In this document: one piece after another, positions 1-11,707 of the stretch
Layout of the letters: every line of letters begins with the position of its first letter
Position numbering within the stretch: position 1 is the stretch's first letter
Origin: Podospora anserina
Lineage: Eukaryota
Direction: 5' to 3'
Assembly: GCA_017654855.1 (NCBI GenBank)
Contig: CM030333.1
Coordinates: forward strand, 1,054,001 to 1,118,000
Length of the DNA: 64,000 nt
Program-made: the position numbers and the translations under genes
The notes under the pieces: model-generated
The model's input: the letters and a program-made list of their open reading frames with translations, nothing else
Told to the model about the DNA's origin: nothing
Databases searched by the model: none

Positions 1-3000
1 ATCCCGCAGATGTCCGATGTGGCAGCCTGGGGATACGGCAAACCTCGCACAAATACAACTCTGCTTAAGTCAGCGGTGGTTGCGTTCTCGCAGCCCTCAC
101 ACTCTCTGGCCGTCTAAGGGGATGGGCTCTGGATTGGGAATGGTTCCTGAATGAGCCAATGTCCCAATTCCTGCCATTGGTGCGGGGGTCCGTAGCCGCA
201 TCCCAGATCAGGCGATATCTGCAGGAAATCACATCTCGCGACCTTCCCACTGGGTTCCATCGAGACCGATGTCGCGCTGGCCCCCCGTCAATGTACTCAC
301 AGGTACCTTAATTACTGGCCGACCCCACTGACCAACAACCCTCCCTGTCCGGTTTCATGGTTCGCTGCCCACCCTTGCCCGTCCCACGAGCCTGCCGAGC
401 TCCGGACTAGTTCAGAGGATTATCAGCTTCGCCGGCGACCTTTCCAGAAGTCAGATTGGCTGGAAAAAGAGGGGTGGGGGCGGTGGGGGCACGGGGAACC
501 GTGCTCCATGTTCTGTTCTGACGCGGTCGACGATGGGGATTGCAACGTTGGAAAGGACGCCCTGCATCCGATCATCCAATTTTATCGCCTCTCCATCGCA
601 TCCGCATGACGAGATCCAAGTTCTGTTTCTCGTGTGTCGACCACTAGCACGAGTCCGTTGGCAAGTGTTGGAGGTTGGGGGACTTTGGCGGGAGAGGGGG
701 GGGGGGGCAGGGCAGTATCTCGCTGAATATCAGTCACCAGGTCTTCCTGCCATGTGGCATGTCGTTAGCCCGCTGCAGGCAGAATTATTGAGACTGATGG
801 CTCTGACGTTGACAGCTTTGACAGGTTCGGCCAATTTTCTCGAACAAGAAGAAGCCTACTACATACATGTCGGGTTGATAAAAATGCACATGCATTACAT
901 CGATACACACCGAATCTCACCTACTACTATTGTGCTGTCTCATTGGATGTGTTCTGTTCAGCCTGAAAAGAGAATTGTGTGTGTTTTTCCCCCCATCGAT
1001 CTCACAAAATCTCTTATCTCAACCCGTTCGTTCCCGCGGGCTGCTGCGCACCCCACAGTCCATCGCATCTGATGGGTAATTTTTTTTTTCCCGATCTGAT
1101 TTCCATCGCATCTGATCTGATCTGACCCGACCGATCTTGGGAGGATTTTTTCGATTCCGCAGCAGCCAGGGTGTGGGAATTGATTTACTACGTCAACTCC
1201 GGCCCCATATAGCCTTGTTTTGAGTTTTTCCAACGGTCAAAGACACATCGGGTTTTGCGTTGTCAAGGACTGAAGAAAGATAGGTAAAACCCGCATTCGC
1301 TTCTAATGCAGGCAGGATATCCACCGACTTTTTCGGATGTGTGGGGGGAGTATGGATGGGACTTGGAAGTGTGGTCACGGGATGGGGATATGGAGGTGGA
1401 TGGCTGGGCTAAAAATATCGGGAATTTTCCTGCATTGGACACATCACTTATCCTACCTACGTGCGGTCTGGGGGGGTTGCCTACTACTTACATGTGTCAC
1501 TGAGACTGAGAAATGTATTCTCGTGTCAGAAGATATTTTTTGTTTTTTTGGCCATTGGAAAATCAAGGCGGCGGTGGCCAACAACATTTGTCACACGTGG
1601 TCGAGCAGTCAGTCAGTGTGTTAAACGAAGCGTACATATATAATCGTCCTTGATATGTACCGATCCGTGGCAGGTACGCGGTGTCATCAACAACAAGTCG
1701 AGGCTGAAGGATTGGCACTAGCTTTGAACAGCCAGACAACGGGTGCTTGCTTTTGCCTTCCCGCTTTTTTTTTCTTTCTTTTTTTTTTTGAAAATCCCCG
1801 ACGGGTTGTGTTACCTGTTTCTGTGCGAGGGGGTATCATGTTTTTTTTTTTGGACCAGTTGATGCTTCGGCTTGATGTATGTCAAATGGCAGCCGGCAGT
1901 CGGATAGCTTCTACATAATTTGCATATTTGAGGATCCCGATGCTCGGACTGGGGGGACGCTCGGATAGGGGAGTGGTAGGTTCGGAACGGTGGATTTCCC
2001 TTGTCTGTTGCTGTACAACCGTGGTCGAGGTATACTAAGGTAGGACAACTCTTTGCTTTGTTGTTTTGGTGGTCCGCTTGGGCCGCATGTTGGGCTTGTT
2101 GAGCCTCCTTTTCTCTCTCGGCTGAGGGGGCATGGTGAGGATATGAGGCTGACGACTGAGTGATTGTGACTCGGGCAACGGATCATACGTATTGCATATA
2201 TCGTTGCCTTACTTTTGTACCCCCACTCTTTTGGGGTCTCTCTACCAGCAGCTTTGAGGGGGAGGAGGGGAGGGGGGATGGTCACGAGATCAGGATGAGC
2301 TTGGCGGGATCAAGTTGCTGTTGTTGTACAAGGACAAGTGGGTGGACTTTCCGAGGTTATGGGGGAAGTTGGAGCAACTCCAGATCCCGCACGCTGAGAG
2401 GTTCGATATGGTCGATTCCCGTTTTCGTGTTTTAGTCGTACTGGATTGGGAGAGACCAATGGTTGCGAGGGGGGGAGGTTTTGTTGAACGTTACGGTTAC
2501 GCAGTTTTGTAACGAGAGATTCTGGACTCTCTGGAGTGGACTGGATGGGGAGGGGGGGAGCGTAATCTCGTCCTTCGATGTTGTTGCTGTGTGTGTGACA
2601 GTCATCAGGAAGTTGTGGTTGGTTGAGTGTGGCACTGTGGTTAGAAGGCCCGAAGGGAGGTGTAAGAATTACTTTACCTATGGGAGTACATTTGAGAAAT
2701 GGGTTTGTGTGTTCCAGAAGAACAACCGACTTCAAGGGGGCAGCGATCATCACTATGAGAGTGGGTGTGGCTGTCTCACACCGGTCAATATCACTGACAC
2801 ATATCCACACGCCGGATGACCTCAACGGTAGGAGAGAAGGGGGGCGGAGGGGGGGGACCTGTCTCGCTCGATCTGGACAGATCTAGGACCTTGGGTTTGG
2901 GTGGTGTGGTTGCAAGCAAACCCCAAGGATGTCAGCACAAACACCACCAAAACCACGGAGGGTTTGAAGTTCCAGGCTGCTGGCCACGTAGGAGGCGCTT

Positions 3001-4574
3001 TGTGACAGCTTTTGCTCAGGGTGCATGGGCAAGTCACGCTCTATATTTGATGCATCTACCCTTGAGATCAGCAAAAGTGCTGTTTTTTGCTCGTCCGGCT
3101 TGGGTGTCAATCAGTGCCTCCCCTTTTCACAACCTCTAGGATGCAACTTACACCTGGAACTTTTCACGGCAGCTCTTCTTGTCTGTGTTCGTGATCATCG
3201 TTGCGGTGTAGCTATTGCCACGGCACACAGCTTGGATAGGACAGATTTCAGATCCTGCAGAGGGCCGATGAGGGACAAGGCCTAGAAAAATGTGCTTCGT
3301 ATACGATCTGCTGGCTTTTCCCCGAGAGCAGATTTGTGGTCTCCAAGTTGTGGTCGCTTGCGTATTTGCAGAGAGATCTTGAGACAAGTACGCCTATACA
3401 CTAGCACACAGGGGCCGCTTTCTTTTCTTCTTTCTTCTGTGTACATACATGTAAGTCAGTGTCGGTGATATGCACACAGACCCTTTTTTTTTATGTGTTC
3501 TGTTCTTCGATATCATTGCTTCTTTTTGTCGTGTCTCTTGCAGAGACGCTAAGCTGAGAGGAGCTTGGTGATGTTTCTGAGCTTGGTTTTCCCACAAAGA
3601 CTTCTTCCAAAGAAGGGAATTCATCAGCGCGAGCGTGCGCGACACCAGGCAAGTGGTCCCCGCCCCCGCACCGTTCCTTGGGTCCGACCGTCCGTTGGTG
3701 GTTTTTGTTCCCGCTGAAGGAAAAATATGATATGATCGATACCTTGCGAGCTTGCATGGAGAAATATACCATGCTGGGTGAGACTACACTATGTTACTAG
3801 TAACCGAGAAAGTAGATCTCTTTGGCATGGTGGGTAAGATTTTCAACAAAGTTGCACAAGCAGAATGCCGAGTTCGAAATGGGGGAAGAAAGAGTGGTGA
3901 TCGCTTTGGGGGAAGCGGGATCACCACCTTGCAGCTTGCAACTGTCAACCTCGGATCCCCCGCTTTTTTTTTGTGCTTCTGGTAGCCGATCGAAAAGCTG
4001 CCCGGTGGTCAGGGAATTCTGAATCGGGGGTACTTGATCCTGCTTCCCCTGTCTTTTCCCCATCTCTTTCTCTCTCTGTCTTGCTTTCCCCTGCCTGCCG
4101 GCTGAGCTGCGCTGACGTCTATCGCGGATTCTTTTGGGCATCCAGCTCGCGGTTGTCGATTTTCAGCTCTTTCCTACTGACGACTATGTGACGAAGCTAA
4201 ACCCAAAAAAGTCCAGCATCACCTTATCTCCCATAGTCACATTTATCTTTCACCACTCATCCCTCTCAAGCTCAACTACCGAGGTCCAACCCCCCCCAAG
4301 TCTAGGCTCATCTGGTACGCTCTGGATCTGATCAGCGGGTTGTCCATCGAAGGAAATCAGATCAGATCAAGCCCATGACTTGCAGTCCCTTCCGGAGAAA
4401 TGTCAAAAGTCTGGTTGAAACACTGCAGCACACACGCACACACGCGGAGTTGTATCGAAACGTTGATCTTTACCTCGAATCCGGAACCAATATCTCATTC
4501 ACTATAGCAGATCGCCTACAGATTTTCCCCATTTGTTACCCTGCTGTTAGCCTCCTGCTAGCCTAAGACATATA

Positions 4575-4790
4575 ACGGACGATAAGGCAAGTTCTCCAAA
4601 ATTAAAAATCCGGAGAGGTAACATTGGGAAAAGCCAATTGTACGCTACACCTACCTATCAACCTGCTATTATATAAGCACCCAAATTGTAACTCGGGCAG
4701 GTGCCACAGTAGGCACAGGCATTTTTTTAGCTAATCTTTCCAATGTTAACTTTTTGGATTTTTTTTTGAAAAACTTGCCTTATCGTCCTT
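4575..4790. mobile_element. Non-autonomous MITE-like element (Fot1/pogo-type, Tc1/mariner superfamily), ~216 bp
   Basis: ~55-bp imperfect terminal inverted repeats: left ACGGACGATAAGGCAAGTTCTCCAAAATTAAAAATCCGGAGAGGTAACATTGG vs reverse complement of right AAGGACGATAAGGCAAGTTTTTCAAAAAAAAATCCAAAAAGTTAACATTGG. Flanked by TA at 4573-4574 and 4791-4792. AT-rich, no ORF. Confidence 0.75.
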
Positions 4791-5086
4791 TATAGACATG
4801 GCCGTATATGGACCTACATACATAGCTGCCTTTATTCTGCACAGGCAGCAAAGGCGCTAAATTCCTAGCTTTTTTTTTTTTTTGCGCGGGAGAAGAAACA
4901 GTAAAGGAAGAAAAAAACAATGTCTGTCAAAACTCTTGGGGGTTCTTTGATCCGGTAAGGACTATCTGTACGGTTTCTGTGAGTCTTTTGGGGAGGTGGG
5001 GGAGTGGGTGAATGTAAGCTATGTCTCACTCTATCTCGCAAGCATCTATTGGAAGTGGAAAAAAAGTGAGATCTGAGCTGCTTGTC

Positions 5087-5087
<1 letters not shown>

Positions 5088-5143
<56 letters not shown>
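5088..5143. repeat. (TG)n dinucleotide microsatellite
   Basis: About 28 uninterrupted TG units read directly. Confidence 0.97.
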
Positions 5144-5144
<1 letters not shown>

Positions 5145-6735
5145 TGGTGGCGAGCCAAGAAGGGATAGGCATAATCATTACATACGTGAGAGGCACACAC
5201 ACATGCACATCGGCATCGAATCGATCTTACTTTTTGCCTTTGCATCTCGGGGACCCGGAGACAGGGACGTGGGGAGGTGTGAGATGATGCTTGGGAAGGG
5301 GGAGGCTTGGCGGTTTGGTGGCTTTTGTTGGTTGGGGATGGGGTGCTGATGGTTTTTGTCAGGTGCTGGTGGTGAGCAAACTTCACCAGACCGGCCATGT
5401 CAACGTGATGTAAGAGATGATAGAGAGTCTATCTATTGACATCAGCACGTAAGAGGGAATCCAAGTACCAAAAAGCATACCTACCTGAACTAATCAAGCG
5501 GAAGTTCTCAAGACAAAAATTGCAGACAAATCATTGAGTTGGACTGCCAGTATCGTATTCGCGCAGATTACCCCTTGGAGGAGATAGGACACTGCTATCT
5601 TTTACACGGCCACAAACATGATAGGGCTAAGATAGGTAGGTAGGTGTGAGAAATAAATGTCAGTTAAATGTGTCTTCATCTCTTCCAAAACCTCCAAATA
5701 AGGGTATCAGAGCCTATGTAGCAGATGTGAGCACACTCCATGTGTCAGGCATATCTTCAATAACAACACTGGCAATTAAAAGTTACAGGACAGCTCACGC
5801 GTCATAAAAGACGCTGGGTTTGTAGTTATGATATGGCGAAGAATGGGTATGGTGTTGGTGGTGTATGCGCCATGGTGGTCCTGAGATGATGAATAACTCA
5901 CCTACCAAGAAGTATTCCAAGGTACCTTTTGACCTGGGCGTAAGCCCAGATATAGAGATTCGAACAAAAGATTTATTTCATCAGGAAAACACTCTTTAGT
6001 CGCCACAAAAGCCAACTCTGCGCCTTCTCAAACTTGAACTAATGTACATACCTGACCTGGACTCTGAACCTATACTGAGCTCGTACGTGTGGTGGATTAT
6101 CTTATAATAGTAGTAACAGATCAGACATGAATGTGTATCCTCCCTTCTCGCTCGTAGGAATGAGATAAGCCTGATTCCTAACTGCCCGATTCTATTTAGC
6201 TCAACGATTTTGACTTCTATTCCCCTCGCTTTACGTCTCCCTGATGGATCTGGTATTGTGAAAACCAGTGAGATTGTTCCAAAAGAAACAGCTCCTTCTT
6301 TTAAAATGTTCGTGGATAGGTATCTAGAGTGGTTCTAGAGCTAAAACTTTGGTTGAACCTCAAGTATCTAGAGTCGGACAATTACTTGGCCACCGCCCAG
6401 GAACCTCCACACCTCGCTGATGACAACTTTCTTTCGCCTCTTTATCGTGTCACGGAGCGGTTAGCCTAAAGGAGGGGAAAGCGGCTCTGGGAGACTGAGG
6501 ATGCTATACGTCCCTCAGGTTGATGGTAGTTGGGCACCTACAGAGAAGGTTGGTTGGACTGTGAGAGCCACCTAGTAGTCGATGTCCTCCGCTGTCCACT
6601 CCTTCTGTCCAGAGGACTCAGCTATCTCGCAAGCCTCTACTTCTTAACGATTCTCTCCAGTTTCACTTTAACTCGACATAAGGATCATAATGTATCGGAC
6701 TCAGAACCCTGGAGAGGTCGGTCGGTAATAACCAG

Positions 6736-6736
<1 letters not shown>

Positions 6737-6776
<40 letters not shown>

Positions 6777-6781
6777 TAGTA
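6737..6781. repeat. Compound (GCA)8(GTA)7 microsatellite
   Basis: Read directly. Confidence 0.95.
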
Positions 6782-7061
6782 GAGGCATCAGAATCAATTA
6801 ACAAGGGAGCTGGCGCTCACAGCAGGCGCTCAGTCACAGACGTGTTGCATATTTCAACGTGGATTTGAGAGAAGTTTTGATTTGTTGTTGTAAACGTAGT
6901 AGTAAATTCATGCTTCATAACTCATTCCTAAAAGCCAAAATGAAACAAGCGTTCTATCCCCCAAATCGCAGACAAAAGTTACAATATTGTTACAGGGTAT
7001 CTCCATCATCCCCATCATGCGCCCATCACATCCATTATCATATCCCATCATTCATATGCAT

Positions 7062-7430
7062 TTAGTAAAATCTCCTCCTGCTTCCCCGGCCATCAGTGCC
7101 ATGCATCCTCCTCGTGCCCGCAGCCTTCTGGCCGGGTCTTCCAGTGAGAGTTCCCTTCAACTTCAGGAAGGCACCACTGATCTTGTCACCGATGGAGGGC
7201 CGCCTCTGCTGGTGATGGACAGGGGCGACGGTGGTGTGGTGGTGGTGATGGGTGGTAGTGGCATGATGTCTGCGCTTTCCGCCAAAGAGACCGCCTCGGC
7301 GACGGGTAGAGGTAGTCATGGGAGCGGCGGTGGTGTGATGAGTGCGACGAGGGCCGCCGAAGAGACCTCTGCGACGGCGGGGAGCGGTAGTAGTGACTAC
7401 AGGAGCGGCGTGGTGACGGCGACCGAACAT
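7062..7430 (-). CDS. Small basic His/Arg/Thr-rich protein with internal repeats (122 aa), function unknown
   Basis: ATG in strong context (CAAAATG) after a C/A-rich leader; TATA-like element near 7605. Repeats of HH..AP.TT..RRRRG(G)LFGG and a C-terminal KISGAFLKLKGTLTGRPGQKAAG block. Confidence 0.75.
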   Translation of the reverse strand: MFGRRHHAAPVVTTTAPRRRRGLFGGPRRTHHTTAAPMTTSTRRRGGLFGGKRRHHATTTHHHHHTTVAPVHHQQRRPSIGDKISGAFLKLKGTLTGRPGQKAAGTRRMHGTDGRGSRRRFY

Positions 7431-8738
7431 TTTGATGGTTTGGGTTTGGTGTTGTGGTTGGTATTAGTTAAAGTAGGTAGTGTTTGGTTTGCAGTTGATG
7501 TTCAAATTGAACTCTTGAGAATGCTTGTTTGTTTGTTTTGCTTCTGTGTAGATGCTGATGATAGTCAAGAGATTAAGACCTGTGTCTCGAGGTCAGATCA
7601 AGCAAAATATATACACCATCTCATCGGCCCTTCCCTCTCCCTCCCACGTCACAGCTTTCTTTCAATGTGATCTCCCATACTTGATTCAGACCCTTGGACC
7701 CTTGATGCATTCAGATCTCGATCCTATCCACAGCTTAATCCAACTTTCCAAAGACAGGGATGACATCAACCTCTTGCCAAACAAAAGAACACAAAACAAG
7801 CAAAAAGTCAACCATGACGAGCCCCTTTGGACCCTTGAACCACCCAACATCGTCAGTGGCGTCCGCTGTGGTAATGCGCTGAGAATCTCATTGGTTGCCC
7901 TAAACACCCTTCTCTTTCAGGCGAGCCTTCAGTGCAACCAAATGCGCACCAATCAGCTCTCGTTTCTTGGACTTTTTGGGCAACCGAAGCGGCCCCACAC
8001 AGGGTATGATGTCACGGTTCATGTCACTTGTCAGACGGCTCGTGCCGTGACAACCGTTGGACTCAAACTCGAAGTTGGCATTCTACCTACTGCACATACC
8101 GCTGGGCACTGACGGGGTAAGCTCCGATGATTTGAGGACGTTGATTGTTGCGCGAGCATCATAGCTTGCGTGTTCACCACGTGGATGTGATACCTTGTTC
8201 GGACCGTTGGGCCGTTGGGAGTGGAAACTTGCGATATTCGACATGACGACTGCCTATGTATGTAGGTAGCCGAATATTCCAAGGAGGAACAAGTGTCTGC
8301 TAAGAATAGAATTCGAGCATTAGCTAACAGCGATAGAAGGATTCTAGTGGGATTATACAGTCTTGATGCTCTCAGCAATATGTGAGAGTCTTGCACGGCT
8401 GGGTGATGCCATCACTTTACTCAAAGTCACTTCCGATCCAGACACTCCTTGCCTATTGATATCCCACCTCAATATTATCACATTATTCAAGTCCGAAGAT
8501 ATGTCATTTCCCTTGCACCAACTTTTTGTCCACCAAAATCAAATTACAACTTGAGTAGGTACGGAATAAATAATTGTTGTTACCGAACTGTAACTGCTGG
8601 CTGCCCCGTTCCGCCAAGTCTCGCATCTCCAGCACACTCGGATATGTGTCCACAAAACCCACATTCGATAACAAATTCACGTCGGGAATTGTTGAAAAGC
8701 CCTAATCCTCCACCAGATCCACAACAACTCAATAAAAT

Positions 8739-8827
8739 CCCCTTGTGGTGTAGTTGGCTATCACGTTCGGCTGTAAATGCAATTTATCGATACCGAAAGG
8801 TCACCGGCTCGATTCCGGTCGAGGGGA
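8739..8827 (+). tRNA. tRNA-Tyr (GTA) with 15-nt intron (8777-8791)
   Basis: Acceptor CCCCTTG/CGAGGGG; A-box TGGTGTAGTTGG; anticodon stem TTCGG/CCGAA with CT-GTA-A then the intron; T-stem ACCGG/CCGGT; downstream TTTT. Confidence 0.9.
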
Positions 8828-9283
8828 CACATCATTTTGCCTTCACCTCAGTAAGGTGACTCTTTGTTTTTGATTCAGCTATGAAGACTCTTCTTTTTTT
8901 CTGGGATGCTATGTGCTTCACAAACAACCCTACGTGCATAATTCTGGAGATATATATTATACAATGGGTTGCTTAACCTACACAGCACAGTCATTACATC
9001 AGGTCACCAGAACCCATGACATTGGATTCAACCCATTGAAATGCCATGTCGTTCATCAGAAAATCATTAAACAGGCTGTAGATTCCTGGTAATAGCTTCG
9101 GCGAACATTGAGTACCAATCTTTAGGATTTGCTAGCAACCTTAAAAGACCCATTTCAGGCTGTTTCGTAGAAAACAATAAACTTCCTCCGCCAAGGGTAT
9201 CATTCCAACCAAGCCACTCTACAGTCTCATCAATGCCGTATCCATACTTTGCGTCATCATACAACGAAAACTTACAACCCCCC

Positions 9284-11707
9284 TCAAGCCTTAAATCTGA
9301 AACAATCACTCACACCCTCGAAGCTTTCCACGCCTCCCAACAACCCCTTCTTATCCCCAAAGTACCTGATCCGATACGCCGTCCCCTTCTCCACCTCCCC
9401 CTCTCCCTCAAGAGCGGTATCCCACCCAATCGTCACCTCACTCCAACCCATAAGCTCACTCGTCCTCTCCCACTCAAAAATCACACTCCAGTCCCCATCA
9501 TCTCTGAACCTTTCCCACGTCCCATCCTTACCCAACTTCTCAACAGCAGCATACGTGCCGCCCAGCTTCAGATTGTTCCTCGGATTGGCTCCAACAAACC
9601 GAACCTTGACCACATCCCCAATCACATAAGGAGTACCCTTCTCAGCATCCGTCAAAACATCCCCAAAAGACTTGAAAGGCGGCGCATTGTCCATCACCAC
9701 CGACGGGATAAACGACAACGACCGGTTCGTATTATCCGGCGGATACACCATAGACTTCTGATCATGCGGCGGAGGCGCCGGCGAATCCGAATTCAAATAC
9801 CCCAACAGCCCCATCGTGACGTTGATATACGCCGCCAGCGTGTGCGGTCCATACAGAGTCGAAGCCCCTTCATACCTCTGGATCCCGTACTCCTCTTCCG
9901 TAGTGATATAATGCGTATAACTGTTGGCCGGACCCCCCAACACAACAACTGCATCCTCTCCCGCCTCATCGCTGGTCCTCACGGCCTCCTTCCATCTCCG
10001 TCCAGCCATCGTCGTCGCCTCCCCAGGCGAAACAATAATAAAAAGCAGTCCAACTCTAAACACTTGAACATCAACCACATTCGGCGTCCACGGATACGGC
10101 CTCTCCATCTCCCCCACATCCAGCAAAATCGGCTTGGCACCATGACACGCCCTCTGCTCCTCGTTCGCATCCTTCAAAAACCTCGACACAACCTTCCACA
10201 CCGGCGAAGTGGTGTTTTCGTTCCCATCATGCTGCGTAAAATCAAACGCCCCCGGCCCATCACTCGTCCCCGCCGCAAAAGAATACCCCAGCGCAGCCGG
10301 ACAAGTCTTTGCCATCCTCCCACCCGGCAGCTCAAACTCAAACCCGGTCATGTTGTGAAACTTGTGAAAAGCCTTCACCCAACCCCCCCTCACCGGCGTG
10401 AGCTCCCCCTCGTCAAACAGTTTCCTCGCAGGCTCAAACTGCCTCTTCCCAATCTCGAAACAGGAACTAGCTCCGCTGTCCGGAGTTTGAAACCCGGGCC
10501 CACGACCATGACAAGACTGTGACTTGCCATCAATAGGACAAGTGCTATTCTCAAAACTGCACATCTCCCCCGACCCATCCTCGCACCACGCGCCCAGAAC
10601 ATTAGGACTCGTATCACCCACACTCGCCTGGCTGAAACCAGCCACAAAATCTGGATTCTCCCCTCTCATCGACTTTTCAAACAAATAGGCCGCAACCCCT
10701 TTATTATCCCCCGCAATAAGGGTGTTGTTCCCCAATAACGAAGTCCCATGGACGGGAAACCACGTCAGCACACCCAAAGCCTTCTCATCAGCGGCACGTT
10801 CAAATTTCAAGAGCGTCAAATCCTTTTCAACGGACCCGTCGTCTTCGATGCTAATATTATACCTCACCCTCTCCTCCTCAGGGTTGGCAAGGTAAGCAAA
10901 CAAACTCCGGTTGATATTCGCGCCAAAAACCTTTGTCGTCCCGACGCTGAGATACCCCGGCGTGAGACTCTGATGCGCTTTTCTGATGGATTCCACCGCC
11001 CCGTCCACAATGGCTCGGTAGCCTTGGTGATCAAACCCTTTGCTTGTGATTTGTGGGAGGAGGTAATTCAACCACCCAGCTGGCCCAGCGTGGGAGTGCG
11101 TTCCCGTAACAGCAACGTTGTGGTGACCGTACACTTTATATTCCTCCCCCAAGCTCTCGAGAGCGTTGAGGATGCCGTAGCGAACGGCGGTGTCACCTGA
11201 TTGGGTGTCCAGCACCAAGTAAACCAACCGGTCGGAAGGGTTGTCGATGTTGCCGACGATGAAGGCGCGGGAGTAGAGGCGTTGACGGAGACCGGAACCG
11301 ACTTGTTTTGGGTCGGCGTAGCCCATGAGGTTGATTTCGACTACGGGGCCGGTGATGTCTGCTTTGCCCACGCCGAGGAGATATGTGTTGTTATTTCTGT
11401 TGTTATTGTTGTTTGTTGGTGGGGGGTGGGGGGTTGAGGTTGTCCATGATGTCCAGTTTCCGGGGGCTTCGGCGGCAAACAATCTAAGTAGTGCACAGCC
11501 GAGGATGAGGGCGCCGAGGATGGAGGTGAGGTACCCGATGATGGACCGGTAGTATATTCTTTTCGGTAGTGATCTCTTGTTCTCTGAGTCCCCGTCTTTG
11601 GTCTGTTGATGTGGTTGTGATAGCAACGGCTGTTGTTGATAAGCTCCGTCCTTTTCCGAGTCAACCCAGACGTTGGCGGGGTCGAGCAGTTTTTCGTGGG
11701 CGTCCAT
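9284..11707 (-). CDS. Neutral/alkaline non-lysosomal ceramidase (807 aa)
   Basis: Single ORF with an N-terminal TM anchor; motifs GVGKADITGP, GLRQRLYSRAFIV, GTHSHAGP, NRS, GDVSPN-like GDTSPN, PGEATTMAGRRW, QRYEGASTLYGP. Confidence 0.95.
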   Translation of the reverse strand: MDAHEKLLDPANVWVDSEKDGAYQQQPLLSQPHQQTKDGDSENKRSLPKRIYYRSIIGYLTSILGALILGCALLRLFAAEAPGNWTSWTTSTPHPPPTNNNNNRNNNTYLLGVGKADITGPVVEINLMGYADPKQVGSGLRQRLYSRAFIVGNIDNPSDRLVYLVLDTQSGDTAVRYGILNALESLGEEYKVYGHHNVAVTGTHSHAGPAGWLNYLLPQITSKGFDHQGYRAIVDGAVESIRKAHQSLTPGYLSVGTTKVFGANINRSLFAYLANPEEERVRYNISIEDDGSVEKDLTLLKFERAADEKALGVLTWFPVHGTSLLGNNTLIAGDNKGVAAYLFEKSMRGENPDFVAGFSQASVGDTSPNVLGAWCEDGSGEMCSFENSTCPIDGKSQSCHGRGPGFQTPDSGASSCFEIGKRQFEPARKLFDEGELTPVRGGWVKAFHKFHNMTGFEFELPGGRMAKTCPAALGYSFAAGTSDGPGAFDFTQHDGNENTTSPVWKVVSRFLKDANEEQRACHGAKPILLDVGEMERPYPWTPNVVDVQVFRVGLLFIIVSPGEATTMAGRRWKEAVRTSDEAGEDAVVVLGGPANSYTHYITTEEEYGIQRYEGASTLYGPHTLAAYINVTMGLLGYLNSDSPAPPPHDQKSMVYPPDNTNRSLSFIPSVVMDNAPPFKSFGDVLTDAEKGTPYVIGDVVKVRFVGANPRNNLKLGGTYAAVEKLGKDGTWERFRDDGDWSVIFEWERTSELMGWSEVTIGWDTALEGEGEVEKGTAYRIRYFGDKKGLLGGVESFEGVSDCFRFKA

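Noticed and set aside
4865..5398. ORFs spanning the TG microsatellite (HTHT / VCVC tracts)
   Set aside because: Artefacts of the dinucleotide repeat.
5404..5450. ~47-bp imperfect palindrome (ACGTG...GATAGA gag TCTATC...CACGT)
   Set aside because: Short and bulged, with no TSD or second copy seen.
6987..7670. 227-aa plus-strand ORF
   Set aside because: Antisense to the 122-aa gene, which has the better start context, leader and TATA.
9233..10522. 429-aa plus-strand ORF
   Set aside because: Shadow of the G-rich 3' half of the ceramidase gene; low-complexity Pro/Arg/His translation.
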